DNA of 64,000 nt from Octopus vulgaris (GCA_951406725.2 OX597821.1:26040001-26104000); one strand, 5' to 3'; shown: positions 1-13,182, counted from the first letter of the stretch. Notes: a model not told the origin generated them from the letters alone. Translations and numbers: made by a program.

Positions 1-435
1 TTCAGCAAGACATTCCGACAGAATAAATTTCAGACTCAGAAAATAAGTACTATGGTCAACTTGTCCGACTCAACCTTTCAAGGCAGTGCACCAGCATGGC
101 CGCAGTCCGATGACCGAAGGAAGCGCGCACGCACGCACGCACACACGCGCGTGCTTGGATCTTTCCTGTTTTAGTTAAGGATCCGGTGTTTTTGAAATTT
201 TCTATATAGATGTTGTTTTGCATATTAATTGCGAAAATCACATTGATTTTGTTGGAGAAATTAATAATAAAATATTATGAACCTGTAAAGATTGAAATTT
301 TTGGAATTTTAGCCAATCAGAAGACACCATTATCAACATACCGGAAATCGGTTTTTGTGTTTTTATGAATAAAAAGACTTTAATGAAATGAACTTTTAAA
401 GATGAAAAAATTTAATGAAATGGCAATCAGCTGCC

Positions 436-1095
436 AGGTGGTATGGTGGTGGTGGTGGTGGTGGTGGTAGTGGTAGTGGTGGTATGGTGGTGGTGGTGGT
501 AGTGGTGGTTGTGGTTGTGGTAGTGGTGGTGGTGGTGGTGGTGGTGGTGGTGGTGGTGGTGGTGGTGGTATCGTGGTGGTGGTGGTGGTGGTAGTGGTGG
601 TATGGTGGTGCTGGTGGTAGTGGTGGTATCGTGGTGGTGGTGGTGGTGGTAGTGGTGGTATGGTGGTGCTGGTGGTAGTGGTGGCTGTGGTGGTGGTGGT
701 TGTGGTGGTGGTAGTGGTGGTTGTGGTGGTGGTAGTGGTGGTTGTGGTGGTGGTGCTGGTGGTAGTGGTGGTTGTGGTGGTGGTGGTAGTGGTGGTGGTG
801 GTGGTGGTGGCGATTATGATAGTTGTAATGTTAGTGGTCGTAGTGATAAGATGGTGGTGGATGATAGTTGTGGTGGTGGTGGTGGTGATGATAGCTGTGA
901 AGGCTGTAATGATGATGGCAATGGTGATGATGGTTGTGGTATTGACGACAGTGTTGTTAGTTGTGGTAGCAATGATAACGGCAATGATAAAACGGTAGTG
1001 GTAGCAATGATAACAGCGGCGGTGCAGATGGCGATGACGGTGTACAATGGTGGTGGTGATGGAGGTGATGATGTGAAATTGGACAATGATGGCGA
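436..1095. repeat. (GGT)n/(GAT)n trinucleotide microsatellite and degenerate low-complexity tract
   Basis: Near-pure GGT/GTA triplet runs decaying into GAT-rich triplets; explains the poly-T/P/H/V ORFs. Confidence 0.95.
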
Positions 1096-1811
1096 CGCTG
1101 ACTCGCGAATTGCAACCTGTTAGCAAAAAAAAAAAAATTCTTTGCAGTGTGTATTTCCACAATTTCATTGTTGATCGTCAATATATGTCAATTACGATTT
1201 CCGCTATGTCACAAATGGAGGGTTATGATTGGTTAAAGTTACCAAAAATTTTTAGTCTTTACAAAGTTCGTCCCTTTTTTTAATATCAATTTCTCAAAAA
1301 AAAAAAAGAAATAAAGAAAGAAAGGAAGGCAGGAAGGAAGGAAGGAAGGAAGAAAGAAAGAAATGAAAAAAAGAAAGAAATGAATGTGATTTTCGTAATT
1401 AGCATGCAAAACTACATCTGCGTAGAAAATGTCTCAAAATCAAATTCTGTTATTCAACCGATAAAGATCCCAGGAGTTTACATGCAGACTGCTTTGTTTT
1501 TGTAAAACATTGAGACCGTACTACTCTGTCCTGTAAATGAAACTATACTGCTTCGCACGACAGTCAAACTGTTTTGTGTCACACTGAGACTGGACTGTTC
1601 TCCATCATAACGAAAACTGTGCTGTTCTCTACAACAGAGAGACTTTACTGTACCATACAGACGTATTATTTTGCATCACATTGCAACTGAACTGTTCTGT
1701 ACAATATTGAGGTTGTACTGCAGTATTCTACACTCATGCTATACTACAAGAATTCAGTGTGCTACAATGTTGTATCGTATTGATACCGTATTGCTCTGTG
1801 AAGAAATGGAG

Positions 1812-2239
1812 AGATCTTTTCGGTTTGAACGGCAATTTTTTTCTAGCGGTGTCATATGAAATTGTCACCCATAATTATGACCCTAGTATCGATCTATTGC
1901 ATTTCAATCTGTTTTAGGGTTAGGGTTAGAGTTAAGGTTAGGGGTGGGGGGAAGGGAATCTTTTTTTCTTCACAAATGTAAATAAACCCATTCTGTTTCT
2001 TAAACGAGGGTCATATTCATACGGCACAGAATGTTGTTTACATCAATGGACGTCATTGATTGGTTGAAATTGCAGAAATTGAAGAAAAAACAACAAATAT
2101 CTTACAAACTATAGAATTTTCTCAATAAAGCCCAAAGAAAAAGATGTTTTATAAACACATTCTACCAGTATACGAAGTTAAAAATTTTTTAGTTACCTAG
2201 AAATTATGTTAAAAACTGCCGTTCAAACCGAAAAGATCC
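1812..2239 (+). mobile_element. Non-autonomous TIR DNA element (family D, ~430 bp) with internal TTAGGG repeats
   Basis: ~30-bp TIRs (A/G)GATCTTTTCGGTTTGAACGGCA...TGCCGTTCAAACCGAAAAGATCC; near-identical copies at 40866, 45638, 47179, 63764. Confidence 0.9.
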
Positions 2240-2274
2240 AAACCGTTTGTTACACAATGATGAAGGCGACGAGT

Positions 2275-2490
2275 AATAATTCTTTCTTCTATGGGCACAA
2301 GGCCTGAAATTTTGTGGTGGTGGTAATTAGGAGACTAATCCCAGGGCCCAGCTGGTACTTATTTTATCGAACACGAAAGGATGAAAGGCAAAAGTCGACC
2401 TCCACGGAAATTGAAGTGAGGACGTAAAGCCGGAAGAAATGCCGGCAAGGCATTTTGACCGGTGAACTAACTATCCTGCCAACTCACCGA
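2275..2490 (-). mobile_element. SINE family B (diverged)
   Basis: Matches the repeated core GAAAGGATGAAAGGCAAAGTCGACCTC of the other family B copies. Confidence 0.8.
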
Positions 2491-2559
2491 CTTTACCGAC
2501 GAGTCATATTACTATCCACTGCATCTCACAACGCACCAAAGAAACCGTTTATTACACCA

Positions 2560-2915
2560 CCAGCACTAAGACCCGGCAACGCCGGGTCATACTGCTAGTG
2601 CATGCATATACAGCTGCGTGCATGCGCACATACACGCGAGTACTGTCCAAATCTCCGGCCAATCACATACAGCTAGCTGGCATTCAATTGGCGTATCAAG
2701 CTTCGGGCATTTTGATTGGGTTTTGGATAGAAAATTCACAAAAAAGTCACTTCTATTGATTTTTTAATGGCTTTGCTGGGGAAATGTAAAGATGTACACG
2801 ACCACCCTTGGACGGTTTTGAATGACCATAGAAAGTGCGAGCCCTCTAACTGAAAAATTGTGGATTTGTCTAAAGGACACACACGCAGACATTTTGCCGT
2901 TTATATATATAGAGA
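2560..2915 (-). mobile_element. Non-autonomous Helitron-like element
   Basis: Minus strand starts TCTCTATATATATAAACGG and ends with GACCCGGC-GTT-GCCGGGTC hairpin plus CTGG; inserted between A and T with no TSD; empty-site paralog at 2241-2273. Confidence 0.75.
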
Positions 2916-2919
2916 TGAT

Positions 2920-3125
2920 GAAGGCGACGAGCTGGCAAAATCGGTAGCAAGCTGGACTAAATACTTTGCGGCATTTCTTTGCATTCTGAGTTCGAATTCC
3001 GCTGAGGTCGACTCAGCCTTTCATCCTTTCGAGGTCGATAAAATAACTACCAGATGAGCACTGGGGTCGATGTAATTGACTTACTCCTCTGCTGAACTTG
3101 CAGACCTTGTGTCAAAATTTGGAAC
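2920..3125 (+). mobile_element. SINE family B
   Basis: GGCGACGAGCTGGCA head, B-box-like GAGTTCGAATTCC, GTCGACTCAGCCTTTCATCCTTTCGAGGTCGATAAA core. Confidence 0.85.
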
Positions 3126-3437
3126 TATTATTATTTTTATAAAGGATAATGTTTATCCCCATTTAAAAGTGGCTGTTGTATCAGAACACAGAACACTGCG
3201 ATAGTTAACATGACAGAATCTCTCGGATGGTTTTGCGGTGCACACGAGCACTTTTGTTTACATTACTAGCGGGAGACAATCACCGCCACCGCCACCGCTA
3301 CCACCAGAACTACTAGATCATGTGACTTCCGCTTTCCTTGGCCTTGCCAATGGTAGACGCCTGACTGCTGGAAATAGCAGCGACGGCTCCGAGAGCAATA
3401 TACATAAAAATACATTACCTCAGTATTCTGAGTTCTG

Positions 3438-3832
3438 GTGGAAGCACTCCGTCGGTTACGACGACGAGGGTTCCGGTTGATCCGAATCAATGGAACAGCC
3501 TGCTCGTGAAATTAACGTGTAAGTGGCTGAGCACTCCACAGACACGTGTACCCTTAACGTAGTTCTCGGGGATATTCAGCGTGACACAGAGAGTGACAAG
3601 GCTGGCCCTTTGAAATACAGGTACAACAGAAACAGGAAGTAAGAGTGAGAGAAAGTTGTGGTGAAAGAGTACAGCAGGGATCACCACCATCCCCTGCCGG
3701 AGCTTTAGGTGTTTTCGTGGAGCTTTAGGTGTTTTCGCTCAATAAACACTCACAACGCCCGGTCTAGGAATCGAAACCGCGATCCTATGACCGCGAGTCC
3801 GCTGCCCTAACCACTGGGCCATTGCCCCTCCA
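3438..3832 (-). mobile_element. SINE family C (tRNA-derived head, tail type 1)
   Basis: Reverse complement begins GTGGAGGGGCAATGGCCCAGTGGTTAGGGCAGCGGACTCGCGGTC...GGTTTCGATTCC (A and B boxes); head and core shared with 11675, 24154, 38368, 41735. Confidence 0.9.
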
Positions 3833-4066
3833 TTCTAAGTTCTAACACATCCACTTTTAGTGGTGCTAAATATTACCTTTTGGTAATAAAGAAATAGGTA
3901 TTTCGCTCGTCGTTACGTTCTGAATTCAAATTCCGTCTAGGTCGACTTTACCTTCCATCCTTTCGACACTGGGGTCAATGTAATCGACTAGTCCCCTCCC
4001 TTCAAATTGCAAGCCTTGTGCCTTTAGTAGAATGGGTTGTTGTTGTTGTTGTTGTTGTTATTATTA

Positions 4067-4590
4067 TTGAGTGAGAAAGCAATGCATGCATTCAAAGTAA
4101 CACTGGAATACATATATACGAAACCCAATATACCTATCATGATCACCAGTCTGATAAGGGCACACCAGGTACATGCATCAGAACTATGTGTACACGACAT
4201 GTGGATCTCATATCAAGATAAACAGCGTTTGACCTTGCAGGTGAGACCCAGTTAGAATTTTTTCAAGTCGAGTAGCTCATCACACTCAAAAGGTCCCAGA
4301 ATGAGGGTTGTTTAAAGATAATGAACGAAACACTTCTGTTTCCAGAGGTGATTTATTTAAACCCCAAAGAATTCCTCTCAACATATGGCTATGATGTTTC
4401 CCCACTATTGTCAGTCAATGAGAGACATGCTCAACTGGTTAAGGTCAATCAAATGACAGGCAAATCCGTGGTATTGAGCAGAATATTTGCTCTAGCCCAT
4501 CTTTTATACCAAGGCAAATATGTACATGATAACACTTCCAATCAGTTAAGATCAGAAGCCGTGAATGGCAGTGCCTGGTACTGCATCAAG
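4067..4590. repeat. Interspersed repeat (family E), homologous in opposite orientation to 14750-15270
   Basis: AAACCCCAAAGAATTCCTCTCAACATATGGCTATGATG matches the reverse complement of CATCATAGCCATGTGTTGAGAGGGATTCTTTGGGGGTTT at ~15224-15262. Confidence 0.7.
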
Positions 4591-5160
4591 GCAAAACTCA
4601 CACACATACACACACATTCTTTGTTTTGTCCTGTGCTGTCCATAATACTTTTCTTAATGTAAACCCTTGTGGTTAATAAAGAAATTATTATTATTATTAT
4701 TGTTATTATAATTATTATTATTAGTAAGAAATTGCGTTGCGATGAATGTAATTCTGTCCTTAGAGATAGGCATTTTTTCATTGAAGACACACATGAAGAC
4801 AATACAGAACAATGATAAAGTGTCAAATGACATGATTGCTCGTTTATGTTTCATTGTGTTTGTTTGAAAATTATTGAAATTATAGGAGATTCAGAGACAG
4901 GTCAAAAGATGACACAGTGTGAAGAAAATATCGATGACTTTTGACTAGGAATGTGACGAAATTGCTTACAGAAAGAGGAAAGAATTGATTAAATCTACCC
5001 TCAATATACTACTGGTATTAGTTTATCCTCAAGCAACAGAAAATAAGAGGTTATTGCGAGATTTGAACGCAGGACTTAAAAGACCAAAATATTAAGAAAT
5101 TTTACTATCAAAACGATAATTTATATATGAATATATTCTTTTTTCTCTGCGTCTTTCTTT

Positions 5161-5199
<39 letters not shown>

Positions 5200-5314
5200 T
5201 TTCTTTCTCTTTTGTCTCTGTCCACCTATCTCTTTCTCCTTCTGAAGAATAGTAGGTGTCCAAAAACACTACATTCTTTTACTCCCCGACATTTGTACAA
5301 CTGTATGTATACTC

Positions 5315-5372
<58 letters not shown>

Positions 5373-5400
5373 TTGGACAAATAATGTATATATATATTTT

Positions 5401-5808
5401 TCTCTTTTACTTGTTTCAGTCATTTGCCTGTGGCCATGCTGGAGCACCGCCTTTAATCGAGCAAATCGACCCCAGGACTTATTCTTTGTAAGCCTAATAC
5501 TTATTCTATCGGTCTTTTTTGTTGAACCGCTATATTACGGGGACGTAAACACACCAGTATTGGTTGTCAAGCGATGTTGGTGGGAGGGGGGAAAGAAATA
5601 CACAAATACACACACATACACACACATATATATATATACATATACATATATACGACGGGCTTCTTTCAGTTTCCGTCTACCAAATCCACTCACAAGGCTT
5701 TGGTCGGCTCTCGGCTATAGTAGAAGACACTTGCCCAAGGTGCGACTCAGTGGTACTGAACCCGGAACTATGTGGTTGGTAAGCAAGCTACTTACCACAC
5801 AGCAACTC
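5401..5808 (-). mobile_element. SINE family A (tRNA head, CORE-like CCTTGGGCAAGT motif, internal (TA)n(GT)n, GTAAAAGA tail)
   Basis: Full-length match to more than 15 other copies in the window. Confidence 0.92.
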
Positions 5809-5984
5809 ATATATGCACGCGCGCGTGTGTATGCGTGTGTGCGTGTGTGTGTGTGTGTGTGTCTGTATAGAGCGCTGTAGAACCGACGATGTGACTGAAT
5901 ACATATTACAAAACAGATGTAAGGTTATGGAATATTTTAACCTTACACTTCTGAATTTGTTTATATGTGTATGCGTGTATGTAC

Positions 5985-6048
<64 letters not shown>

Positions 6049-6176
6049 AAAGGGCTTAATTTTACTAAGCCCTTTTATATAATGTAATAATTTGAATTCG
6101 CCTTAAATGGTCCCTTTGCATACTGAACACTTGGTGAAATTGATTAATAATTAATTAATTTTACCCTCAATTGTTG

Positions 6177-6216
<40 letters not shown>

Positions 6217-6258
6217 GGTCCCGGGTTGATTCGGGGTTAACCACAGTAAAATTAATTT

Positions 6259-6513
<255 letters not shown>

Positions 6514-7399
6514 ATTTATATATATGTATATATATATGTATATGTATGTGTAAGCACACAGATATATCACTCACACACACACACACACACATGCACACAC
6601 ACGCACGCGAAATATGCATATTTAATACATTATTTGTCCCAATGTATATTACTACTTACATTTATCTGCTACATAAATTACGATATACCAAAATTCCATT
6701 CGAAATCAATTCTGTGTCGATGACATTCCAATGGAGTCAACAGTTGGAAGGACTGACCAATCCTTTCTGCAATAGGCATGGACTTCCTAGTGTAACATAG
6801 TTTAGAAATTACCAAACTTTTTAGTGGCAACAAATTGATTTGTATCCATGGAACGTATCGAGGCAGGTTAGTTGAAGATCAACCCTATTCTAGAGAGGAT
6901 TTCCAAGTGAAAGACTTGCCACAAGAAGAATTCAATTTTTACAACATACAGTAAGAAATATTCGTAAATCTAGAAAGTGTCCACCTTTTACATTCGAAGA
7001 TTTTAGAGATACATATCGATAGGTGTAACCTTAAAGTGTCGTTAAAATTCACAATGAAATCACAAATAACTGGAATTTGCTGTACTAATGTCCAGTTACA
7101 AACAAATATTCTCTAAACTAATTCGACAGATGTCAATATTTTTTTAGATTTTATTTGATTGCATGTATCACAGACGCAATAAGGTTATATCAATGCGCAA
7201 CTGTAAACCTCACCGGTGGAATCGATTTAACATTTGTATAGATTTAAAGCAAACTTAAGACAATGCAAGAAAGTATTTTACATCAATCGAAGCGTTTCGT
7301 AGTACTGGAATAAAATACAGGAATTTACTGTCCATTCCGACCACAGTGTTATTCCTTCCAAACTCACTGCCAATTTTCTTTCTCTCTTTCTCGCTAGCT

Positions 7400-7800
7400 A
7401 TAATTGAGTTGTGAATCGCAATATTAAAAATGTTTTAATCAACATAGAAACAAGGTAAACTTTAGAGAAATAATTTGTCTTCTATCGAGATAATCTTTTA
7501 TGAAAAGAAGCTAGTGTCGGTAATCAATAAAGACTATGATATACTGCTAAATAGAAAAGTTATTTGCAGCTAGAAGCTCGGTTACACTTATTTAAATAGA
7601 AATAAATCTATTTTAGCCAAATTTCAAGAAATCGATAAACATTTTCCATAAAACTTTGGAGTATTTGATGATTTGTTCTTCATGAAAATATTAAAGACAT
7701 CCTTGCCTAGTTTTACCATTATCTCTGGCAGAAAAGTCTTTTGAAATATGTTGTGAGAAATTACACGTTGGTTGAATTTCATTTGGGGATAAAAAGAAAA
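7400..7800. pseudogene. Possible highly decayed Penelope-like element ORF remnant
   Basis: Plus frame gives KFQEIDKHFP and minus frame KLGKDVFNIF, resembling the PLE region between RT and endonuclease; many stops. Confidence 0.35.
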
Positions 7801-7959
7801 CTGTATAAAGAAATCAATTTAAAATATTGATTTAAGTTCTCTTTCTTCTCTCTCTACGTTCTCTTCTGTTTACTATAATAATTTTACGTTGTTGTCGTTG
7901 TAATTGTTATTGTTATCGAGTCGTCGTCGACGTTGTTGTTTTTGTTGTTATTGTTGTTG

Positions 7960-7990
<31 letters not shown>

Positions 7991-8649
7991 TGGTGTTGAT
8001 GTTAAAGTCTAGAAAATAAATATTGTTCAGTCATAGGAAATAAAGACTGTTGAGAATGAAGCATAAACAAATTCTAGGCTATTTTATATGGTAAGAGCCA
8101 AGAAGCCACGCAATCCTAAGTGCACACTATACATGACATCCGTCGGTCATTCCGGTATATTACGTTTGGCAGAACGGTTACCTTTCATGCACTTCAGATT
8201 ACCAACACATTTTCATGTATGTAGAGATACATAGGAGGAATCCAGGTGAGCAGATAGAGATATAATGATGCAAATAATCAAATAAAACCGCTTGGGCTGG
8301 ATATATAAAAAAAAATATATATACGTAAATAGAGTGAAGACTGAGACCGAAAATATTCAGACGATGAATATTCGTGTATAGATATATATATATTTATATA
8401 TTAACAGAACAGCCTTACACAGAGTAAAAAACTAAGGGAGAATATATGGTATTACAGGTTCGACTGCTGTTTCTGGGTGCTCAGAATTACGTTATAATGT
8501 TGGCATATGTAGTTCGTAAAAATTCAAGGATATGCAAGCCTTCGTCTTCATGGTGGAGAGATACGTAGTCCTCGGTAAAGATTTCGGAGTGTAAATTCAA
8601 ATCATTTGAGTGCTGCTAGGTGTTATCTATACTGAGCATCTCTGGATCT

Positions 8650-8663
8650 CATCTATCTACCAG

Positions 8664-8759
<96 letters not shown>

Positions 8760-8760
8760 A

Positions 8761-8827
<67 letters not shown>

Positions 8828-8829
8828 CC

Positions 8830-8888
<59 letters not shown>

Positions 8889-8890
8889 GT
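8650..8890. repeat. Compound (TATC)n-(CT)n-(TA)n microsatellite
   Basis: Direct reading. Confidence 0.97.
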
Positions 8891-9129
8891 ATACACCCGC
8901 ATGTGAAATTCCATCCATATTTTTGCTTACGTGCACATGTATACATCCATATCTATATATGTAAAATCAAGGGTGAAGAACAGATGTAATCCGAGAGATA
9001 ATCCAATGGTATTACATAATCTGAGCAGGTAATCGAATGGCGTAAGATAATCCGAGAATTAAGGTACTTTAATGCATTCATGTTTTTTTGTACTTGATTT
9101 TGAATGTTTGCCATTGATTTGCTGTATAT

Positions 9130-9647
9130 GCATATATATGTTCATACATACATGCATACGTACACGTATGTATATATAATACGTACGTACATGCATACTT
9201 ACATACATATCTACATACATATATAGATACAAATTCAAATAAATTCATACATATATACATACATGCATGCATACAAACATACATACATACATACATACAT
9301 ACATACATACATACATGCATACATACATACATGCATACATAGATACATGCATACATACATACATGCATGCATACATACATACATGCATACATACATACAA
9401 ACATACATGCATACATACATACATGAATACATACATACATACATACATACATACATACATACATGCATACATACATGCATTCATACATACATACACACAT
9501 AGATACATACATGCATACATGCATACATGCATACATACATGCATGCATACATACATACACACATACATACATACATACATACATACATACATACATACAT
9601 ACATACATACATACATACATACATGCATACATACATACATACATACA

Positions 9648-9679
<32 letters not shown>

Positions 9680-9700
9680 CATATACACACATACATACAT

Positions 9701-9749
<49 letters not shown>

Positions 9750-9810
9750 CATACATACATACATACATACATACATACATACATACATACATACATACAT
9801 ACATACATAC
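9130..9810. repeat. (TACA)n microsatellite with internal (TA)n
   Basis: Direct reading. Confidence 0.97.
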
Positions 9811-9879
9811 GTCCCTCTCCTTGCCTCATCTCTCATCATCTCTCACCTCCTCTCTACCGTCCTCGAACTTCTTGTGCCA

Positions 9880-10200
9880 GCAAGAGACAGATGCACAACT
9901 GATACAAAGTTAATCTATAGGCAATTTGAAGCATTCCATAAGTTTCTATACCATTTTTACCCAGTTTAATGTTAAACTTCATTGCACAGCGAGCTTACAT
10001 ATTGTCTTTGCGTCCCGACTGTATTCAGCAAACCACACATCTGAAACAAGTAGTGTTTGGCAGAGTGTGTTCAAAGTGCCGCTGCAGTCGTCTCTTTCAA
10101 TCTGGAATGACAAAATTTGGCAGGTCACCTTGTTAGATATATAGTAATGATATACTAAAATTAGAATATTCTTGGACAGTTATAACTGTCTCTCCCAAAA
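9880..10200 (-). mobile_element. mariner transposase 5' fragment (decayed)
   Basis: Minus frame RCAMKFNIKLGKNGIETYGMLQIAY resembles the mariner N-terminal HTH (R-AIKFCVKLGK-ATETY-ML--AYG). Confidence 0.65.
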
Positions 10201-10232
10201 GGGTTTCACAGTTTCACACATTGCACCTTATA

Positions 10233-10283
<51 letters not shown>

Positions 10284-10285
<2 letters not shown>

Positions 10286-10492
10286 CCATGTTGATTCGTT
10301 AGCTACTGCACGCATTTTTTTTCTCTCCTTCTTTCTGTGTTTTTCTCTCTGTGTGTATCTTTCTGTTGAAGAGCGTAGGCTCGAAACGTTAAAGACTTGT
10401 TTTATTTATATTTCCTGAGCGCCATACTAATACAATTGTTCGTTTGTTCTCCACCTGCCTTCGTCTTTTGTTTATTTTCATAAAGCTTCCCG

Positions 10493-10494
<2 letters not shown>
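10284..10494 (+). mobile_element. Solo Penelope pseudo-LTR-like module with hammerhead, flanked by (TA)n on both sides
   Basis: Homologous to 10850-11036, 21386-21560, 52340-52551, 59305-59480. Confidence 0.8.
10358..10395 (+). ncRNA. Minimal type I hammerhead ribozyme motif (core variant CUGUUGA)
   Basis: UCUUU-CUGUUGA-A-GAGC(GUAG)GCUC-GAAAC-GUU^AAAGA: stems I and II pair; stem III loop-less, palindromic ACGU. Confidence 0.7.
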
Positions 10495-10579
<85 letters not shown>

Positions 10580-10775
10580 TATACTTTATAATTAGGGTTC
10601 AGCAACGATTTGCTTCACCACATACCGAAGTTTAGAAATAGCAGTCAAAAAATCTTAGCTATTCCTTCTACTTTAAAGGGGGTTCCCAGAAAAACCAGAG
10701 CAAAGTAGAATTCATGCCGAATTCTACTTGGTGGAATTACTGATTACTTCTTAATTAATTAATTTCACCCTTTGT

Positions 10776-10853
<78 letters not shown>

Positions 10854-10907
10854 TTTTTTTTCACATTTTTTTACACATTTTTTTCTCTCCTTGTTCTTTT
10901 CTGTGTC

Positions 10908-10945
10908 CTTTTCTGAAGAAGAGCGTAGGCTCGAAACGTAAAAGA
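10908..10945 (+). ncRNA. Minimal type I hammerhead ribozyme motif (canonical CUGAAGA core)
   Basis: UUUU-CUGAAGA-A-GAGC(GUAG)GCUC-GAAAC-GUA^AAAG. Confidence 0.8.
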
Positions 10946-11165
10946 CTTTTTCTATTCCTGAGCGTTATACTAATACATCTTTTTGTTTTGTACACCACCT
11001 GTCTTCGTCTTTTGTTTTCTTTCGTAAACTTTCCCTATATATATATATATATATATTATATATTGATAGAAATGGCAAGGCAACAAAAGAATGAAAGAGA
11101 CCTCGATATTATGTAAATAGAGGAATTTATCTGTAAATATAATGTGACAATTATTCGGTAGCCAT

Positions 11166-11226
11166 GATAAAACTCCTAGTTTCGGATGTCGGGGTGGAAA
11201 TCCACACCGGCATCTCTTCGGTTATC
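11166..11226 (-). ncRNA. Type I hammerhead ribozyme motif (CCGAAGA core, long stem II)
   Basis: Reverse complement GAUAA-CCGAAGA-GAUGCCGGUGUGGA(UU)UCCACCCCGACAUC-C-GAAAC-UAGGA-GUU^UUAUC; stems I and II pair. Confidence 0.65.
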
Positions 11227-11674
11227 CGGCCATCGAAAAAAATGCTATATATATATATATATATATATAAATATTCTAAAAGGAAATGGAAATTTATTTA
11301 AAACTTTATAGAAAGTTTTATTCGCTAGTTACACCTTATTCTAAAGTAATTCACGTTGCATCGGTGGAGCGTATAACTTCCACATTGAGAAAGACCGATC
11401 TAAGCCGTTGCATCATTATCATGGCCTCTACAGGTAATAGATACGCTCACCGCAACACTTCTATATCCTGCACGAAAGACTTCGAAGAGATTCTTCAAAT
11501 GCGCCGCAAGCACTTCCAGTGGAAACGTTGTAGACGATGAAGATATTTGCTCTGTTATCTGTGTATCACACAGATATAACAATATAGTAATCATACATAA
11601 ATGATGCATTATGTTTTTGTACTGACTTCGATATCGAATGTGACCCACTTTCCATAAGTAACGGCAGCTTTTGT

Positions 11675-11973
11675 TTGTTCCTTCTCAAGCCATGCCTGGC
11701 TCATAAGGGCCGGTTTCCCGGTTTCTTGGCGTATAGGTTCCCTACCTGGACGGGACGCCGGTCCGTCGCAGGTGAGCTGCAAGATGCAGGAGGAAAGAGT
11801 GAGAGAAAGTTGTGGCGAAAGAGTCAGCAGAAGTTCGCCATTACCTTCTGCCGTAGCCGCGTGGAGCTTAGGTGTTTCTCTCATAAACACACAAATCGCC
11901 TGGTCTGAGATTCGAACCCGCGATCCCTCGACCGCGACTCCGCTGCTCTAACCACTAGGCCATGAGCCTCCAC
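11675..11973 (-). mobile_element. SINE family C (tail type 2)
   Basis: tRNA head plus core; tail nearly identical to 24154-24454. Confidence 0.9.
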
Positions 11974-11974
11974 A

Positions 11975-12420
11975 ACGGCAGCTTTTGAAATTCGGTAGCT
12001 GATTTCTTCATCCAAGGTGCTGCATTGGTAACATGTTCTACCGAGGTTTATAAATTTATACTCGACCTTTCTCTTCCATGAACACAAATAGTTGATGGAG
12101 TATATGGTGTTCTCGATATTCGTTGGTACATCTCAACTGTCGCTTTTTAACATTGATTGTTAATCCAGACTCGTCGCATACTCCAATCAATATCAGCAAG
12201 TCATTCAATATTTGCAAGTCAGTTTCAGCAGGAGTAACCAGATCACGGTCATACGCATATAACAACTCACGGCGTTCTTTCAGGGTGCGTGAAACGGACT
12301 GATGTTAAACAGTCTTCCTGTTGCACGACACCTCGAGTAAAGCTCACTGTTGTTATCAGCTAATGCACATTTTAATACAAAAGCGAAAAAAATAAGGCTA
12401 AATTAGTTGAAGCAAGCAGG
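11975..12420 (-). pseudogene. RTE-clade LINE reverse transcriptase fragment (decayed)
   Basis: LLYAYD (YADD-like), GLTINVKK, TLDEEISYRISKAA motifs with frameshifts. Confidence 0.8.
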
Positions 12421-13182
12421 TCACTCTGCTTTACTCTCTTCTAAACAAAGAATGAGTTTAACCGTTTTCCATTTAATCAAATTTATGTTTTCAGATTTTT
12501 ATTTACAAGACAGACCGCTTTCAAGAGTACGTTTCAAAGATGTTCCTTGTTAACAGTTAAACGCCTTTGTGAAGTCTTTAACTCAAAGGTGCAAATGATA
12601 CTAAAATGTCGTCTGCGTTAGATCACTACATTAGTCTCTCCCGAGATTAATAGGTAAATAATAATACATAAGGATCAATATAGAACAATAGCTAGTGTAA
12701 ACTGAATGCTGATACAGACATACTGACGAGTGAATGACACTAATAGTGAAGTCGCCAAGAGACCATGTATAACAGCGTGTGCATATGTGCAGGTTACAAA
12801 AAGTGGGGTTTCATGATATGCGTGCAAATATGAAAGCGATTAGCAAAGCGTGTACGCAGGTCGCAAGTGAGAATATATGTATGTGCACAATGTAAACACA
12901 TCTGCAAGTTGTGCTTTCACTCAAATTCGTAGAAATTGAACGCGGCATGAGATTACATTCAAGTGGATCTACAAAGAGCTTAGATGAACAATAATATTTG
13001 TATTTTGGAAAACTGCATATATGGTTTGCTGTCCATAACTACAACGGGGCGTGCGAAAGTAAAATCTACAGACTGCAAAAAGAAAAAAAAAAGTATGTCT
13101 GATGCTTCTCAGCTGCATGGGTAAGTAGTCACGTGTATTATACCTGTATTCATGTCAAGGTGTATTCTTTTCTTTCTTTTAT

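Noticed and set aside
380-1168. 262-aa Thr/Pro/His-rich ORF and overlapping poly-Val ORFs
   Set aside because: Stop-free translation of a (GGT)n microsatellite; no domain or exon evidence
8455-8555. Hammerhead remnants (GAAACAGCAGUC here; similar at 10635, 23375, 48410)
   Set aside because: Only one half-core is recognisable; too decayed to call
9078-9969. Long MYVC/HTYI/IYIY-repeat ORFs here and at 30156, 40105, 47476, 49639, 53366
   Set aside because: Artefacts of (TACA)n, (TA)n and (CA)n repeats
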